From contig NC_042998.1 in assembly GCF_006345805.1 (NCBI RefSeq), positions 92,752,001-92,816,000 on the forward strand: a DNA stretch of 64,000 nucleotides. The letters are read 5' to 3'. The stretch is from Octopus sinensis (Eukaryota). Made by a program: the position numbers and the translations under genes. The notes beneath the pieces were generated by a model that was not told the DNA's origin, searched no databases, and saw only the letters and a program-made list of their open reading frames with translations. Shown piece by piece: positions 1 through 12,110 of the stretch; the first letter of the stretch is position 1, and each line of letters opens with the position of its first letter.

Positions 1-990
1 CATCACCATCACCATCACCACCATCATCATCAATGATATTGTTTTATGTGTAGTCACAGCAGTATCTTATTATTGTTATTTTTGTTTTTTTTTATCATTA
101 TCACCATCACAGTAGTGTCTGTCTGTCTCGTTGGCTGGCTTGGTGGTTGGCTGGCTGACTGTCTTCAATGCCAGAGTTCTTGCCTGTCAAATAATACTTT
201 CATATTTGGTTAACAATAGAGCCGAGGTGAGGTTTGTGTGTGTGTAGATAGATAGATAGAATATCAGCACTATTACTATCTTTTTTTTTTTTTTTTTTTT
301 TGGGTGGGGTCAAAAAAAGTTCAGATGTTTACTACTATTAGCCTTAAGAAAAATTAAGGAAGGGGTGTCCTGTATTGTTTGTGAATAGAGAAGTTGTGTT
401 CGACCAGAGAGAATCTTAGCATCATCATTTTTTTTCCATGTGCGTTTGTGTTATTGCAATAAAAAGTGTTTGTATATTTCGTGCAAGGTAATATTGTGGA
501 GGTTGAAGTTGACCCCTCTAGAGATGTTTGTATGTCCAGTTAGAAGAACAGGGGTGTTTTTGCAATAAAAAGTATATGTTTACATTTATATTTGAATATT
601 CTGGGAGGAAGCAAAGAAAAGTCAGATATTCATAGAAAGTTTTAGGGTTTTGCAAGTCTACAAAAAGAAAAAAAGAAAAGCGTGATGTTTTTAGAGAGAA
701 GAAAAAAAAAGAAAGAAAGAAAAAAGGGTGCTTACAGAGGCAGTTGTGGGTATTAAAGTTTTTAAAGCCGATCGGATGTATGTTTGAAAGCTGTAGATAC
801 GTAAATTTGTAAATTTCTTAACCCACTTTGAAGAGAATTTCAAATACTCACGAGGTATTGTAGATGTTCCAGTCTTTGAGAGTTATTTTTCCCCGTTGCT
901 AAACTGGCCCATATTAGTGTTTCTATGGCTTTCGGCCACCGAACTGTCAGAGCAGTGAGGAACACGTCCAGCCGCTGTCAAGGCTGGTGC

Positions 991-1033
<43 letters not shown>

Positions 1034-1054
1034 CATTATCACTATTAAGATGGT

Positions 1055-1262
1055 TAGCTTTGCAGAATCATTAGCATACCGGTCAAAGTGCTTAGCAGCA
1101 TTTCATCCATCCTTATGTTCTGAGTTCAAATTCTGCCACGGTCAACTTTGCCTTTCATCATTTTGGGATCGATAAAATAAGTACCACTTGAGTACTGAGG
1201 TTGATGTAATTGACATATCCCCTCCCTGAATTTGCTGGCCTTATGCCAAAATTTGAAATGAT
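1055..1262 (+). mobile_element. tRNA-derived SINE, family C (gagctggcagaatcgttagc...gttcaaattc...ggtcgataaaataagtaccag)
   Basis: A/B-box-like head (tgcagaatcattagc; gagttcaaattc). The same consensus recurs at about 2099, 12209, 12450, 22625, 22920, 32245, 37715, 56735, 58048 and 59625. Confidence 0.8.
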
Positions 1263-1279
1263 TATTATCATTATTGTTA

Positions 1280-1830
1280 TTGAATGAGAGAGTAGTGCAT
1301 GCCATCAAAATGAAACTAGGGTAAAATATATGAAATTCAGTATACCCATCATGACTATCCATCTAATAAGGGTACATCAGGCATATGCATCACAACTATA
1401 TGTGTGCAACATAGTGATCTCATATCAAGATAAACAATGCATGACCTTGCAGGTGGAGCCCAGTTAGAATTTTCTTCAAGTTGAGTAGCCCATCCTGCTC
1501 AAATGGTCCTTGAATAAGGGTTGTTTAAGGATGATGAACAAAATACCCATGTTTCCAAAAGAGAATTATCCAAGCCCCAAAGAATTCCTCTCAACACATG
1601 GCTATGATGCTCCCCCATTGCTTCTGCTCCTGATCAGAGATGCACATATCATCAGCTACTAAAGGACATGCTCAACTGACAAGCAAATCTGTAGTATTGA
1701 GCAGAATATTTGATGTAGCCCATATTTTATACTAAGACAAAACAATGTGCATGATAGCACTTCCAATAAGTTAAGATCAATAGCCATGAGAACCACTGCC
1801 TGTTACTGCATCAGGGTATTTATCATCATC
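1280..1830. repeat. Interspersed repeat of unassigned class
   Basis: Higher-complexity, more GC-rich 550-bp block between simple repeats. No ORF or terminal structure recognised. Confidence 0.35.
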
Positions 1831-1992
1831 ATCATCATTATTGTTATTATTATTAATAATATCATTTTGATGATATTTAAGGATTGATGTTACTCCTCCA
1901 GAAAGTAAAGAAACAATAATGATTATTTTGAACTTGTGGAAGACACACGAAGTGTTAAAATATTGTTTATTTGATAACAGCCGCACTCTTCT

Positions 1993-2098
<106 letters not shown>

Positions 2099-2300
2099 TG
2101 GTGAGCTGTCAGAATCTTTACCAAACTGTTTAGTGGCATTTTGTCTGGCTTTTTGTTCTGAGTTCAGAAGCTGCTGAGGTTGACTTTGCTTTTCCTCTTT
2201 ACAGGGTCGATGAAATAAGTACCAGTTGAGCACTGGGGTTGATGTAATTAACTTCCCCAGCCACTCAAAATTCCTGACCTCGTGCCAAGATCAGAAAAAT
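2099..2300 (+). mobile_element. tRNA-derived SINE, family C
   Basis: ggtgagctgtcagaatc...ctgagttcag...ggtcgatgaaataagtaccag matches the family consensus. Confidence 0.75.
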
Positions 2301-2689
2301 ACATCATTATTATTACAATTACTATTGTTACTATTACAACTATCACTGTTGTTACTGCTGATAAACAGGGATAGAAAAATCCTTTTTAATACAAGCAATA
2401 AAAGATGAGAAGTTGTAGTGTTGCTATGGGAATAATTTCTGCTTGATTTCTACATTGTCAGTGAAGGACATATCTTGCATACAAATGTGATGTAATAGTC
2501 ACAAGGATATATAAACGATCTGAAGCAAACTCTTTCAGCTAACTGCAAGCACAAAATAATAGACACAGTTTTACAGTCAAAATTATCTTATATCATTGCA
2601 TCTAATTTGTAAGCTCAGGTAAAGTGGTCACTTTGCTAATACACATTTCAGGATTTTTTTAAGCAATGTCACAATGACAGAGAAAAATA

Positions 2690-3310
2690 GGAATTTCTTA
2701 TTAATAAACAGTTATGAATATACATAATTTAATGCTTTTACTGCATTCATTAATGAACAGTCTCTCTAAAGTAAATGCCCAAAATATTGGTTTTGCCCAT
2801 CACATATTGGCAACAGATAAACCTCAAGCATCAGAATCTTTCACAAAATTTATTTACACTTTGTAACATATAAGCTGAGACTGTTGTTTTAAAGCAGTAG
2901 TTACCAATGAATATTGTGAAGAAAGTAGACAGGTTGCCTTCATTAAAGGTTAACAAGAGAATGTTTATATATCAAAGCTTACTTGAAAATACTAAACTCA
3001 AGTTAGATGATGCAATATAACAATTGCTAGCATTAGAACAGCCTCAGATGATTGCCATTTGCCATTATTTGCAATCAACAACATTTTCTGTTAATTTGAT
3101 ATTAGACCTTTACAATATGATCCACATAATTTTCGACCTTCACAATAGGATCCACATAATTTTCATGATTCTCTCCATCGTGCTGTGATTAGGAAGGATT
3201 ATAAATACATTTTTTTTTACTGTGAGGAAATTCATAAATGGCAGAATTGTTTTGGAAAAGAATCTTTTTGTTATTCACGTGGGAAAAGAGTCATTATTCA
3301 AAGGTGTGCT
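2690..3310 (+). pseudogene. Ty3/Gypsy gag remnant with zinc knuckle
   Basis: Broken translations NIGFAHHILAT, CCFKAVVTNEYCEESRQVAFIKG, QSLLENTKLKLDDAI*QLLALEQ and CYSRGK/SHYSKVC resemble Gypsy gag motifs (FARHLLAT, CNFKAV, QRLLEN, CCHC knuckle). Stops and frameshifts are present. Confidence 0.65.
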
Positions 3311-3981
3311 AAACTGATAAAATAAAAGTAATTATAACAATGATACTAAGTCTCTGAGTGCCATTTTTACAACATTTGCGGTTTGTTTCAGATTCTACTG
3401 CTAAGTCAAGTATTACAACCACAATAAATAATAATGATTATTATAAATCAATTCAGGAAATACAAAGTACAGAAAATCTTACTTGTACCTCATTTGTCAT
3501 TAATATAAATTTGATTAAATCTACATCCCCTATAATTGCTATGGTTCCTTCAACATAAGAAAATAACAAGAGATACTACCATTAGTAGTTACTCTTCACT
3601 ATTATAATTATAACAGCATCAAAGTTTCAACAAAAGATAAGCTTTGTGTACTTTTACAGCTGAGACAAAGTTTTGCCTTTCTTCCCAATAATATGGGGAT
3701 TATATTTAATAGCATTTTACTTACATTCTCAATTTGTATCTAATTACTATGCTTATAAACTCTCCTTAAATTGTTAAGTGCTTTCATAAAAATCGTAAAG
3801 CAAGATTATTCCTAGTTAATTTTATTCTGAAAAAAAAAAAGATAAAAATTTTAATAATTCATGAGGTGCACACAAAACACAAGGATTCAAATGATAATGT
3901 TATCTATTCATTCTCAGTACAATCTAGATGATTCAAACAAGAATATGGTGATCTGTATTATTTTTGTGCCATTGTCTAGAG

Positions 3982-4236
3982 CAGTGGTTCTCAACCAGGG
4001 TCCACATGATCTTTGGGGATTCACATAAAATTTTGTCATTAAAATTTATGTGCAATAAATTGTTTGTACTTCTACAAGACACAAGATGTTAAAAAAAAAT
4101 TTTTACTCAATTTCTTATAATATTTAATAATAAAAATATAATAGGATTTTTTAAAACATCAATTGGTTATGAAGGGCCACCCAAATAAAATATGAATTAA
4201 AGGGGCCCATAAATAAAAAATGGTTGAGAAGGATTG
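3982..4236. mobile_element. hAT/Charlie-type MITE (degenerate)
   Basis: TIR cagtggttctcaac at the left end and ggttgagaa at the right end. gtctagag upstream fits the NTCTAGAN target preference. Same family as 23614 and 34525. Confidence 0.7.
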
Positions 4237-4242
4237 GTTTAA

Positions 4243-4435
4243 CCCATTCATTACCAAGCTGGCTGAAACTGGCTCTGGCTCTCTAGTACAAATGTCTTGT
4301 TTTCATAAGTTTTGAATTAAAATCTTCCACAATTTATGTTAATGATAACTAAGTTATTTTAGTAAATTCTTTGTTATATTTAAAATAATTGGAAGAAACA
4401 CAGAGCATCCCAACAGAAATATGGTAACAAAAGGG
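4243..4435. mobile_element. piggyBac-like MITE
   Basis: TTAA at 4239-4242 and 4436-4439, with ccc...ggg termini. Related copies at 44698 and 62243. Confidence 0.7.
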
Positions 4436-4599
4436 TTAAAGCAATGGCAAAAGGAGCATGAATTGATACTTTACTGATAAGCATTTTATTCTTTGAAAAC
4501 GAGTCCTTTATTGAAAACTGGTATGATAAAGACTAATGTCTCCCCAAAGAGTATTCAGGTTTTAATTGTGAAAAAAACTAACAATGATGATTGATTATT

Positions 4600-5168
4600 T
4601 CAAAAACAGTTAACCAATATACATCTTCTGATGCATAACCTTTGCCTTTAATATCAATTTCAATAAATGGCAGAGGACCATCATGGTTTCCTTCTCTCTG
4701 GTTCTGAACGTTCTCAGAATCCATCCAACTTGTTGTCTACAATTTGTTGCCATCCTGGTAATGTGCACTTGGAAAGAGGTATCATCACTCATGTTTAACC
4801 CAAGTCCCTCACTGATTTAGGCTCTGAGACTGAAATCCCTGTGGACCAGTGTACCCTGTAAGTTTTATATTCAGTTTTGGATGCTGGCAGCAGAGGGCTT
4901 GGAGTTTTTCAGCATTAAACTGCATGCTATTATCCTCAGCCCATCTGTAAATTGAGTTCAACTCCTGCTGCAGGTGTGCAACATAACTGGGGGTCTGTAT
5001 TTTCTGTGAGACTTCCATAGTATCTGCATAGCTAGCAAGGGTGGCTATCCAGGCAGTTGAGGGCATATCTGAGAGGGCCACTATGAAAAGCAGTTGTCCC
5101 AAGACAGTGCTCTGTAGAATACTACTCACTATTTGTGTTTTCATTGAGGTGGTTCCATTGGCCACCAC
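4600..5168 (-). pseudogene. CR1/Jockey-group LINE reverse transcriptase fragment
   Basis: ORFs 4809-5168 and 4610-4792 give [11 protein letters not shown] (QG.VLGPLLF), YADT (YADD), IYRWAEDNSMQFNAEK and GWILRTFRTRE. Confidence 0.85.
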
Positions 5169-5424
5169 TGCCTGTATCTATCTATATATATATATATATA
5201 GATAGATATATGTATATACATGTGTGTGTGTATATATATATATATATTATATATATATATATATATATACATACATACATATCGATATATACACACACAC
5301 ACATATCTATATATGTAGTTGTATTTTGGGATGGTCGTTTTTTTCTTTTGCCAAATAAATAAATGCACTATATATTTGTCCTTCTCTTGTCTATTATTAT
5401 TCTTATTTTACTCATGTCCATTGC

Positions 5425-5464
5425 CCAGAAATCTTTCATCACACATCTGTGACCTCTTCAGCAA
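5425..5464 (-). ncRNA. Type-I hammerhead-like motif (left arm of fold-back 1)
   Basis: Minus strand reads uug CUGAAGA g GUCAC agaugu GUGAU GAAA gauUUC ugg. Core intact; stem I only G-U pairs. Confidence 0.5.
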
Positions 5465-6398
5465 CACTTGTTGTTTTCATGCGTGCTCTTGCTTCACTTA
5501 CTCCCGTTTGCTCCTCAATGATGTGTATCCTTATGTGCACATGTGTTTGCATCTGTGTTTGTGTGTGTGCATGTGTGTGTGTATACTTGTGTGTGTGTCA
5601 TTGTTCTTAGCAACAGTATGGCCTTCCCCTCACCCCACTGTGCTGTTGCTGTCCTATCGTTATATAGAACTGACATGTCACTTAGATTACAGAGGTTACA
5701 CACATAGCAGTAGACAGACTGAGCCTAAATAGAAAACATGAATGGAACAGCAGCGCCAATCACCTCACCAGACCACATGACTAAAGATAGAAGGGAGGAG
5801 AAGAGAGAGAGAAAAGAAAAATAATTATCAATAAAACACAGATACAAACAGGGTAATACACACACAATAGACATATATGCACATATCTGTGATATATATA
5901 AGAAAAAGTGAGAGATAAATATAAAAAAATTAATAAAAAAAAAACAAGCAAAAATAAATAAATAGATAAATATATTTGTCACATACCTGTGACAAATATA
6001 AGAAATATAGGCAAAATAGATAAATAAATAAATATATCTATATGAAGGGCGTGGATACAAGCAACATACAAAGTGAACACACACACACACAAACACATAC
6101 ACAATGACTTTATGGACGGCCGCAAAAATATCATGACTAACAGCCACAGCAGTAGCATCAGTGACAATGATGGCAATAACAACAACAACTACTATGATGG
6201 CAACACTGTGGGTGAACACACAAACATTGCTAAGAACAATGACACACACACAAGCATACACACACACACACCACACACACACACACACACACATGCACAC
6301 ACAAACACAGACAGAAATGCATGCACACATAAGGATACACATCATAGAAGAGCAGAATGAAATAAGTGGAGTATGAGCACACACGAAAACGAAAAGTG

Positions 6399-6438
6399 TT
6401 GCTGAAGAGGTCACAGATGTGTGACGAAAGATTTCCAG
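6399..6438 (+). ncRNA. Type-I hammerhead-like motif (right arm of fold-back 1)
   Basis: uug CUGAAGA g GUCAC agaugu GUGAC GAAA gauUUC cag. Intact core, perfect 5-bp stem II, 3-bp stem I, predicted cleavage after C6435. Confidence 0.6.
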
Positions 6439-6604
6439 GCGATAAACATGAGTTAAAATAAGAACAGTAATAAACAAGTGAAGAACAAATATATAGTGCA
6501 TTTGTTTCTTTGGCGAAAAAAAAAAATGACTATCCTGAAATGCAGCAGCATCTATTTCAACATACAATTTCACATTAGGAATCTTACGACACATAGTGAT
6601 AAAC

Positions 6605-6655
<51 letters not shown>

Positions 6656-6665
6656 ATATTTATTA

Positions 6666-6900
6666 TAGAAGAAATAAGGTACTCAGAAATATGGATGGTT
6701 TTATATTTGCAGATTTTTATTAATATGTCACATGTTTTTATAAATCGTATATTAGCACTTGCATCTACTCTAGTAGACTCTCCAGATTCCACTAGAGTAG
6801 ATGCAAGTGCTAATATATGATTTATAAAAAACATGTGACATATCAATAAAAATCTGTAAATATAAAACCATCCAGATTTCTGAGTACCTTATTTCTTCTA
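6666..6900. repeat. Near-perfect hairpin, about 110-bp arms (MITE-like)
   Basis: tagaagaaataaggtactcagaaat...ctactctagt / actagagtag...atttctgagtaccttatttcttcta, 16-nt loop. Confidence 0.9.
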
Positions 6901-7699
6901 ATATATAATACCTGTACATCACCTCTAAACCTTCTAATATATACATATATATATATATATCTTAAAGAAAAGGTATAAATAATCTGCTTTATATATCTAT
7001 TTGGGCATTGTAGGCTTACAGCAGGTTCTGATATGCATTTTAAAGAGCATTCTCTACATTTTCAATTGACCAATTGAAGAAACTGAATCATGAATGCACC
7101 TAAAATATATATCAGAAACAGCTGTAAGTCTACAATGCACAAATAAATCTATAAAGCCCATTATCTGTATCTCTTTTTTTATATGCCACTCTGTGAAAAC
7201 ATACCAAGTTAACTCAGTAATGCAACCATCGATTTACAAAATCTACAGGTTATGTATTTCAAATTCAGATTTCACTTTCAGATTACCTGAAATTTAATGT
7301 CAATCCCTAAACCTTTTGTTAGCCTCGTGTATTTGTATTGGCAAAGAGCTTAAGAATTATTTTGCCCATATTACTAATCCTTTACATTCGGAGCTCATGA
7401 TACAGGCCTTTAGGTCTCTAAGTCCTGCTGAACCATCCACAGACATTAATAATGATGATGATTTATACACACACACACACATATAAATACATACACACAC
7501 ATAAATACATACATAAATACATATATACATATGTACATATATTTGTACTTGCACACTTGCATACATACATACATACAGACAGACAGACATACATACATAC
7601 ATGCATACACACATTCACATACATACATACATACATACATATATACATACATACATACATACATACGTACATATATACATCATATATATGTGTATGAAC

Positions 7700-7915
7700 T
7701 GTACAAACCATTCATATTCTGGGATATAAAATTCTTTATGGAACTTTAAAGCCAGATCAAGAAAGGTTAGAAGTATTAAGGAATTCTTCCCTTAATAATA
7801 AAATCTCACTTCAAAAGCTGCTGGAAATGTTCTCATGCTATTCCAGGTGGAATTCACATTATTCAGGTAAAGTAAAGCCTCTTTTATCAATTTCTTATTT
7901 CTCTTTAATACAATC
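7700..7915 (+). pseudogene. Ty3/Gypsy reverse transcriptase C-terminal (thumb) remnant
   Basis: VQTIHILGYKILYGTLKPDQERLEVLRNSSLNNKISLQKLLEMFSCYSRWNSHYSGKVKPL resembles the ILGY...KPDPERL...YYSRWI..YS.K..PL pattern. Confidence 0.75.
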
Positions 7916-8599
7916 ACAAAACTGTGATTTTTATAGTCTCAAATCTTGTGCTCTTTAAGCTACACTTAGAATACTTGTCAAGTGTGAAATATTTCTACTT
8001 CAAACTGATACCTTTAAGATGGTCATATCTGATATATTGCTGTGAAATCATTACCGCCGCTACCACCACAATCACCACTTCCACCGCTGCCGCCACCGCC
8101 GCTGCCGCCGCCGCCGCCGCCGCCGCCACCACCACCACCACCACCACCGCCATCATCATTGCCATCATCAACACCAATCATTGTTGTCGTTGTTGTCATT
8201 GTTATCATCATCGTTTTAATGTTCAATGTTTACGTTTTCATATTTGCAGATGTCAGACAGAATTTTTTGAGTCAGATTGTCTACAAGCTGGATGCCTTTT
8301 CTGTTACCCATTCTCACATGTCTTTTTAAGTAAGGTAATATTTTCCTCCGTTTCGACATGCCTTTTGCAAAGGATTGGAAACGAATAACATTTATTGTAT
8401 GACACTGATGCTCATTTACAACCATCACGTGATGCCAAGACATGGGACGGACGAACACACGCACACACACACACACACACGCAAACACATACAAATATAC
8501 ACATGCATTTACACGCACATACACATATACACGCATGCACTCATATGCCTACGTACAATATATTTTTTTTCTTTCTTTTATCTGTTTCAGTCATTTGAC

Positions 8600-8770
8600 T
8601 GCAGCCATGCTGGAGCACTGCCTTTAGTCAAGCAAATTGACCCCAGGACTTATTCTTTGTAAGCCTAGTACTTATTCTACCAGTCTCTTTTGCTGAATCA
8701 CTAAGTTATGGGGGCGTAAACACACCAGCATTGATTGTCAAGTAGTGCTGGTGGACAAACACAGACAACA
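8600..8770 (-). mobile_element. tRNA-derived SINE family A, 3' part
   Basis: cagtcatttgactgcagccatgctggagcac...gacttattctttgtaagcctagtac matches the many other copies in the window. Confidence 0.8.
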
Positions 8771-9156
8771 AACATATACACTCTTCTATCTTTTCTCTTG
8801 TCAAAGACAATATTCCTCCAGCATTCGCTACCTTACCTCGTCCCTCCATGTTTGTTTTTGTTTGGTTTGTTGTATGTCTCCATTGTCCTGTTTTTGTTAC
8901 CACTTTGACTCTCTGCAAATCCCAAATCATATTTTGGTTTGCAGGAGCAACTACCTTTTTGAAGCCTTGTTGTCGATAATTGCTCCAAATGACGAGTAGA
9001 AGTAGATGGACAGCTGACAACTAATGAAGGGTCGTTTTTTATGTTACTTGTCTTGTTTTCCAATTGCTTCTCATGTTGTTCGCATACCCAAGTTTGTCTT
9101 TGTATTTCATGTTGTTTACGTTTTGTGATGTCCTGTACCCATATATGCATACCTCA

Positions 9157-9975
9157 TCATCATCATCGTTTAACGTCCGTTCTCCATGCTAGCATGGGTT
9201 GGATGGTTTGACCGGGGATCTGGGAAGCCAGAAGGCTGTACCAGGCTCCAGTCTGATCTGGCAGTGTTTCTACAGCTGGATGCCCTTCCTAACGCCAACC
9301 ACTCCGTGAGTGTAGTGGGTGCTTTTTACGTGCCACCTGCACAGGTTCCAGGCGAGGCTGGTAACAGCCACGGTCGGATTGGTGCATTTTACATGCCACC
9401 GGCACGGAAGCCAGTCAAGGTGGCACTGGCATCGGCCATGATTCGGATGGTGGTTTTTACGTGCCACCGGCACGGAAGCCAGTCGATTCACAAGGCTTTA
9501 GTTAACCTGGAGATTATGGTAATGACACTTGTCCAAGGTGCTACACAAGAGAGATAAAGCAGAAAATGTGGTTGGTAAGCAAGCTTCTTGATTACACAAT
9601 TATGCCTGCACTATAGCTTATTTTCCCCTCTTGAAAATTTCTTTTTTTTTGTCTTGCAAGTACTTGGTGACCCTGTCAGTGCAGGTGCCACTTGAAAGCA
9701 TGTAGTCCACATTGTAAAGTTGTTGGTGTTCAGAAGGGCATCCAGCTGTAAAAAACTTGTCAAAACTGACCTTGCCTGTGCTTGTGCCATGTAAAAAGTA
9801 CTAAGTCTACTCTGCTGAGTGGTTGGTGTTAGGAAGAGCATCCAGTTGTAAAAATCCTGCCAAACAGTCACAGAAGTTTAGAGTAGGCTCTGGCCTGGCC
9901 GGCTCTTGTGAAACCATCCCACTCATGCTAGCATGAAAGGCAGATGTTAAACGATGATGATGATGATGATGATGA
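9157..9975. mobile_element. Two RTE-related 3'-end repeats (family E) in opposite orientation
   Basis: 9157-9480 (-) and about 9615-9975 (+). Shared catcatcgtttaac / gttaaacgatgatg tails and ctggatgcccttcctaacgccaacc. The same 3' end is joined to an RTE ORF at 38700-39870. Confidence 0.7.
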
Positions 9976-10414
9976 TGTTGATTAATTGCTCATAATCATA
10001 AACCTCCCTCAATTGAACAAGAAACCTTAGCTGGAATTGAAAATCCCAGAAAGAGGAGGCAGTAGTTCACTTCCAAACCTTTTTAACAATGAACAGATCA
10101 AGAAACTATGATCTTGTTTCCAACACTAAACATTCTTTTTCTTTTTTTTTTTATTTGTTTCCGTCATCTGATTGTGGCCATGCTTGAGCACCACCTTTTA
10201 TTCAAGAAAATCGACCTCAGGACTCGTTCTTTGTAAGCCTAGTACTTATTCCATCAGTCTCTTTTGCCAAACTGCTAAGTTATGGGGACATAAACATGCC
10301 AACATCGGTTGTCAAGTGATGGAGGTGGGGCAAACACAGACACACAAACATATATATAAGCAATAATAAATCTCTGAGTGAGGTACACACAGTAGCTGTA
10401 CAACATCATGAAGT

Positions 10415-11033
10415 ATATTTGCCACTTACATGTGGCTAACCCCTAAGGTTGGATGTTACTGTAGTTTGTATCCCCAGGAAGACACCTCCTCCAACTGGCT
10501 ATTGACACACTTTCTGTGCCCTAGCAGTATTTGGAAAGGGAAGTCATCCTTCCCATCTTCAACCTGATGTGATACATACGAACCCGGGTTTCTGAGTATT
10601 GACAATCACCAGCATGTGACAATCACCGGTTGTTGATGTGAAGTGCTTTCCCGATACAAATACATATATCCTTCTTCTAGTGATGAAAAGTCACTGATCT
10701 CGAAAAAGTGTAAACAAGCAATAATAAATCTCTGAGCGAGGTATACACAGTAGCTGCATGACATTGTCACTGGAAAAAGGATATATGTATTTGCATCGGG
10801 AAAGCACTTTACATCAACAACCGATGATTGTCAAATGCTGATGACGGGTCAATATCCAGAAACCCATTCTGTGTGTATCACGTCAGTTTGAAGATGGGAA
10901 GGATGACTTCCCTTTCCAAATACTGATAGGGCACAGAAAGTGTGTCAATAGCCAGGTAGAGGAGGTGTCTTCCTGGGGCTAAAAGATACAGTAGCGTCCA
11001 CCCTTAAGGGTTAGTCACATTTAACTGGCAAAT
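10415..11033. repeat. Fold-back element 2: about 265-bp inverted arms (10415-10685 / 10766-11033), each with a degenerate hammerhead
   Basis: e.g. gaagtcatccttcccatcttcaa vs ttgaagatgggaaggatgacttc. Direct repeat aagcaataataaatctctgag at about 10359 and about 10716. Confidence 0.9.
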
Positions 11034-11102
11034 ATGCTCATATATATATATGTATGCAACAGGCTTCTTTCAGTTTCTGTGTACCAAATCCACTCACAAG
11101 GC

Positions 11103-11103
<1 letters not shown>

Positions 11104-11137
<34 letters not shown>

Positions 11138-11138
11138 G

Positions 11139-11171
<33 letters not shown>

Positions 11172-11280
11172 GGTGGTGGTGGTGGTGGTGGTGGTGGTGG
11201 TTGTGGTGGTGTTGGTGATGATGATGATGACGACGACGACGACGACGATGATGATGATGAGAAGGAGGAGGAGGAGGAAA
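11104..11280. repeat. Compound trinucleotide array (GAT/GGT/GAC/GAG)
   Basis: Direct reading. Confidence 0.95.
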
Positions 11281-11282
11281 TT

Positions 11283-12110
11283 CACGAACCAGTCTTATTA
11301 TTGCCGACTGGTTTTATCACTATATGAAATCTAAAGATTTATGTTTCAGCATAGATCATGAAATGAAGGTGTGTACCACTTGTAAAGATTCTGTCTATAT
11401 TAAGCAACAGTTTTATGCTACTCAATAACAGGAGAGATACTGTATTGACTTCATGATGTAAAAGAAATCCTGTATAATAAGTGCATTTTTATCATTATTC
11501 ATGAGTACTCACGATTCACATTTGCATATGCCCAGAAAGCAATGCTGCTATAGTGATTAAATTACTGACTCAGTTACTTGTTAATTAGAACTCCATCTTA
11601 TGTACATAGTTTCCAAGAATCTCAGTTATGTCTTTGGAAGTCTTAAATTTTTTAATTAAACTTGGGAATACATTGTAGCTTGCAATAATCCATACAATCC
11701 ACAGAGGAATTGCCTATGTAAATGACATAATGTTAGACTGTGGAAAGCTATACAATTAGCTTTGAAGACTTACAAATCTTCATATATCCAAGAGGGAGTC
11801 AGATTAAAAGCTTTTATATTTAAAGAGGTCACTTATCAATAATAATTGACTGCACACCAAATAAAAGATTCTTTCTTTCATAATGATGTACAACAAGATA
11901 GCGAAACCATCCCTGTTTGAATATAATCTGACTGAAGTAGGATTAATTTTGTGAGAACATGCTTCGCAATTTCAATACAGATCCTGTGGTTCAAATACAT
12001 CAGCTTGTTGATTCCAATCCATATTATGCATCTATTATATTCAATGGTGGGTGAAACGATGCAGTAAATTTTAGAGATCTTGCACCTTGCCCAACTAAAA
12101 TGTAAAATGA
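11283..12110 (+). pseudogene. Ty3/Gypsy integrase remnant (HHCC region, core, C-terminus)
   Basis: FYHYMKSKDLCFSI...CTTCKD, IHEYSRFTFAY (IDEYSRFPF), TPSYVHS, PYNPQRN, LWKAIQLALK and DPVVQIHQLVDSNPYYASI...NFRDLAP. Confidence 0.8.

Larger units (their letters stand above)
5315..6550. repeat. Fold-back element 1: about 300-bp inverted arms (5315-5615 / 6225-6550), each with a hammerhead-like motif
   Basis: Arms read directly as diverged reverse complements, e.g. cacacatctgtgacctcttcagcaacac vs gtgttgctgaagaggtcacagatgtgtg. Confidence 0.85.

Noticed and set aside
900-950. Minus-strand ctgacag...ggccgaaagcc...gaaac resembling a hammerhead
   Set aside because: The core is not CUGANGA and the spacing and pairing do not give a three-way junction.
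5725-6846. 373-aa minus-strand ORF, the longest in the track
   Set aside because: It runs through microsatellites, inverted-repeat arms and a hairpin. The composition (YIYI, CVCV) is repeat-derived and has no domain-like motif.
8023-8329. Poly-Pro/Gly/Ala/Thr ORFs
   Set aside because: Translations of a (CCG/CCA/CAT)n array; no splice or codon evidence.
11505-11560. Apparent minus-strand splice donor (gtgagt) with a short open frame
   Set aside because: It lies inside the Gypsy integrase remnant (HEYSRF) on the plus strand.
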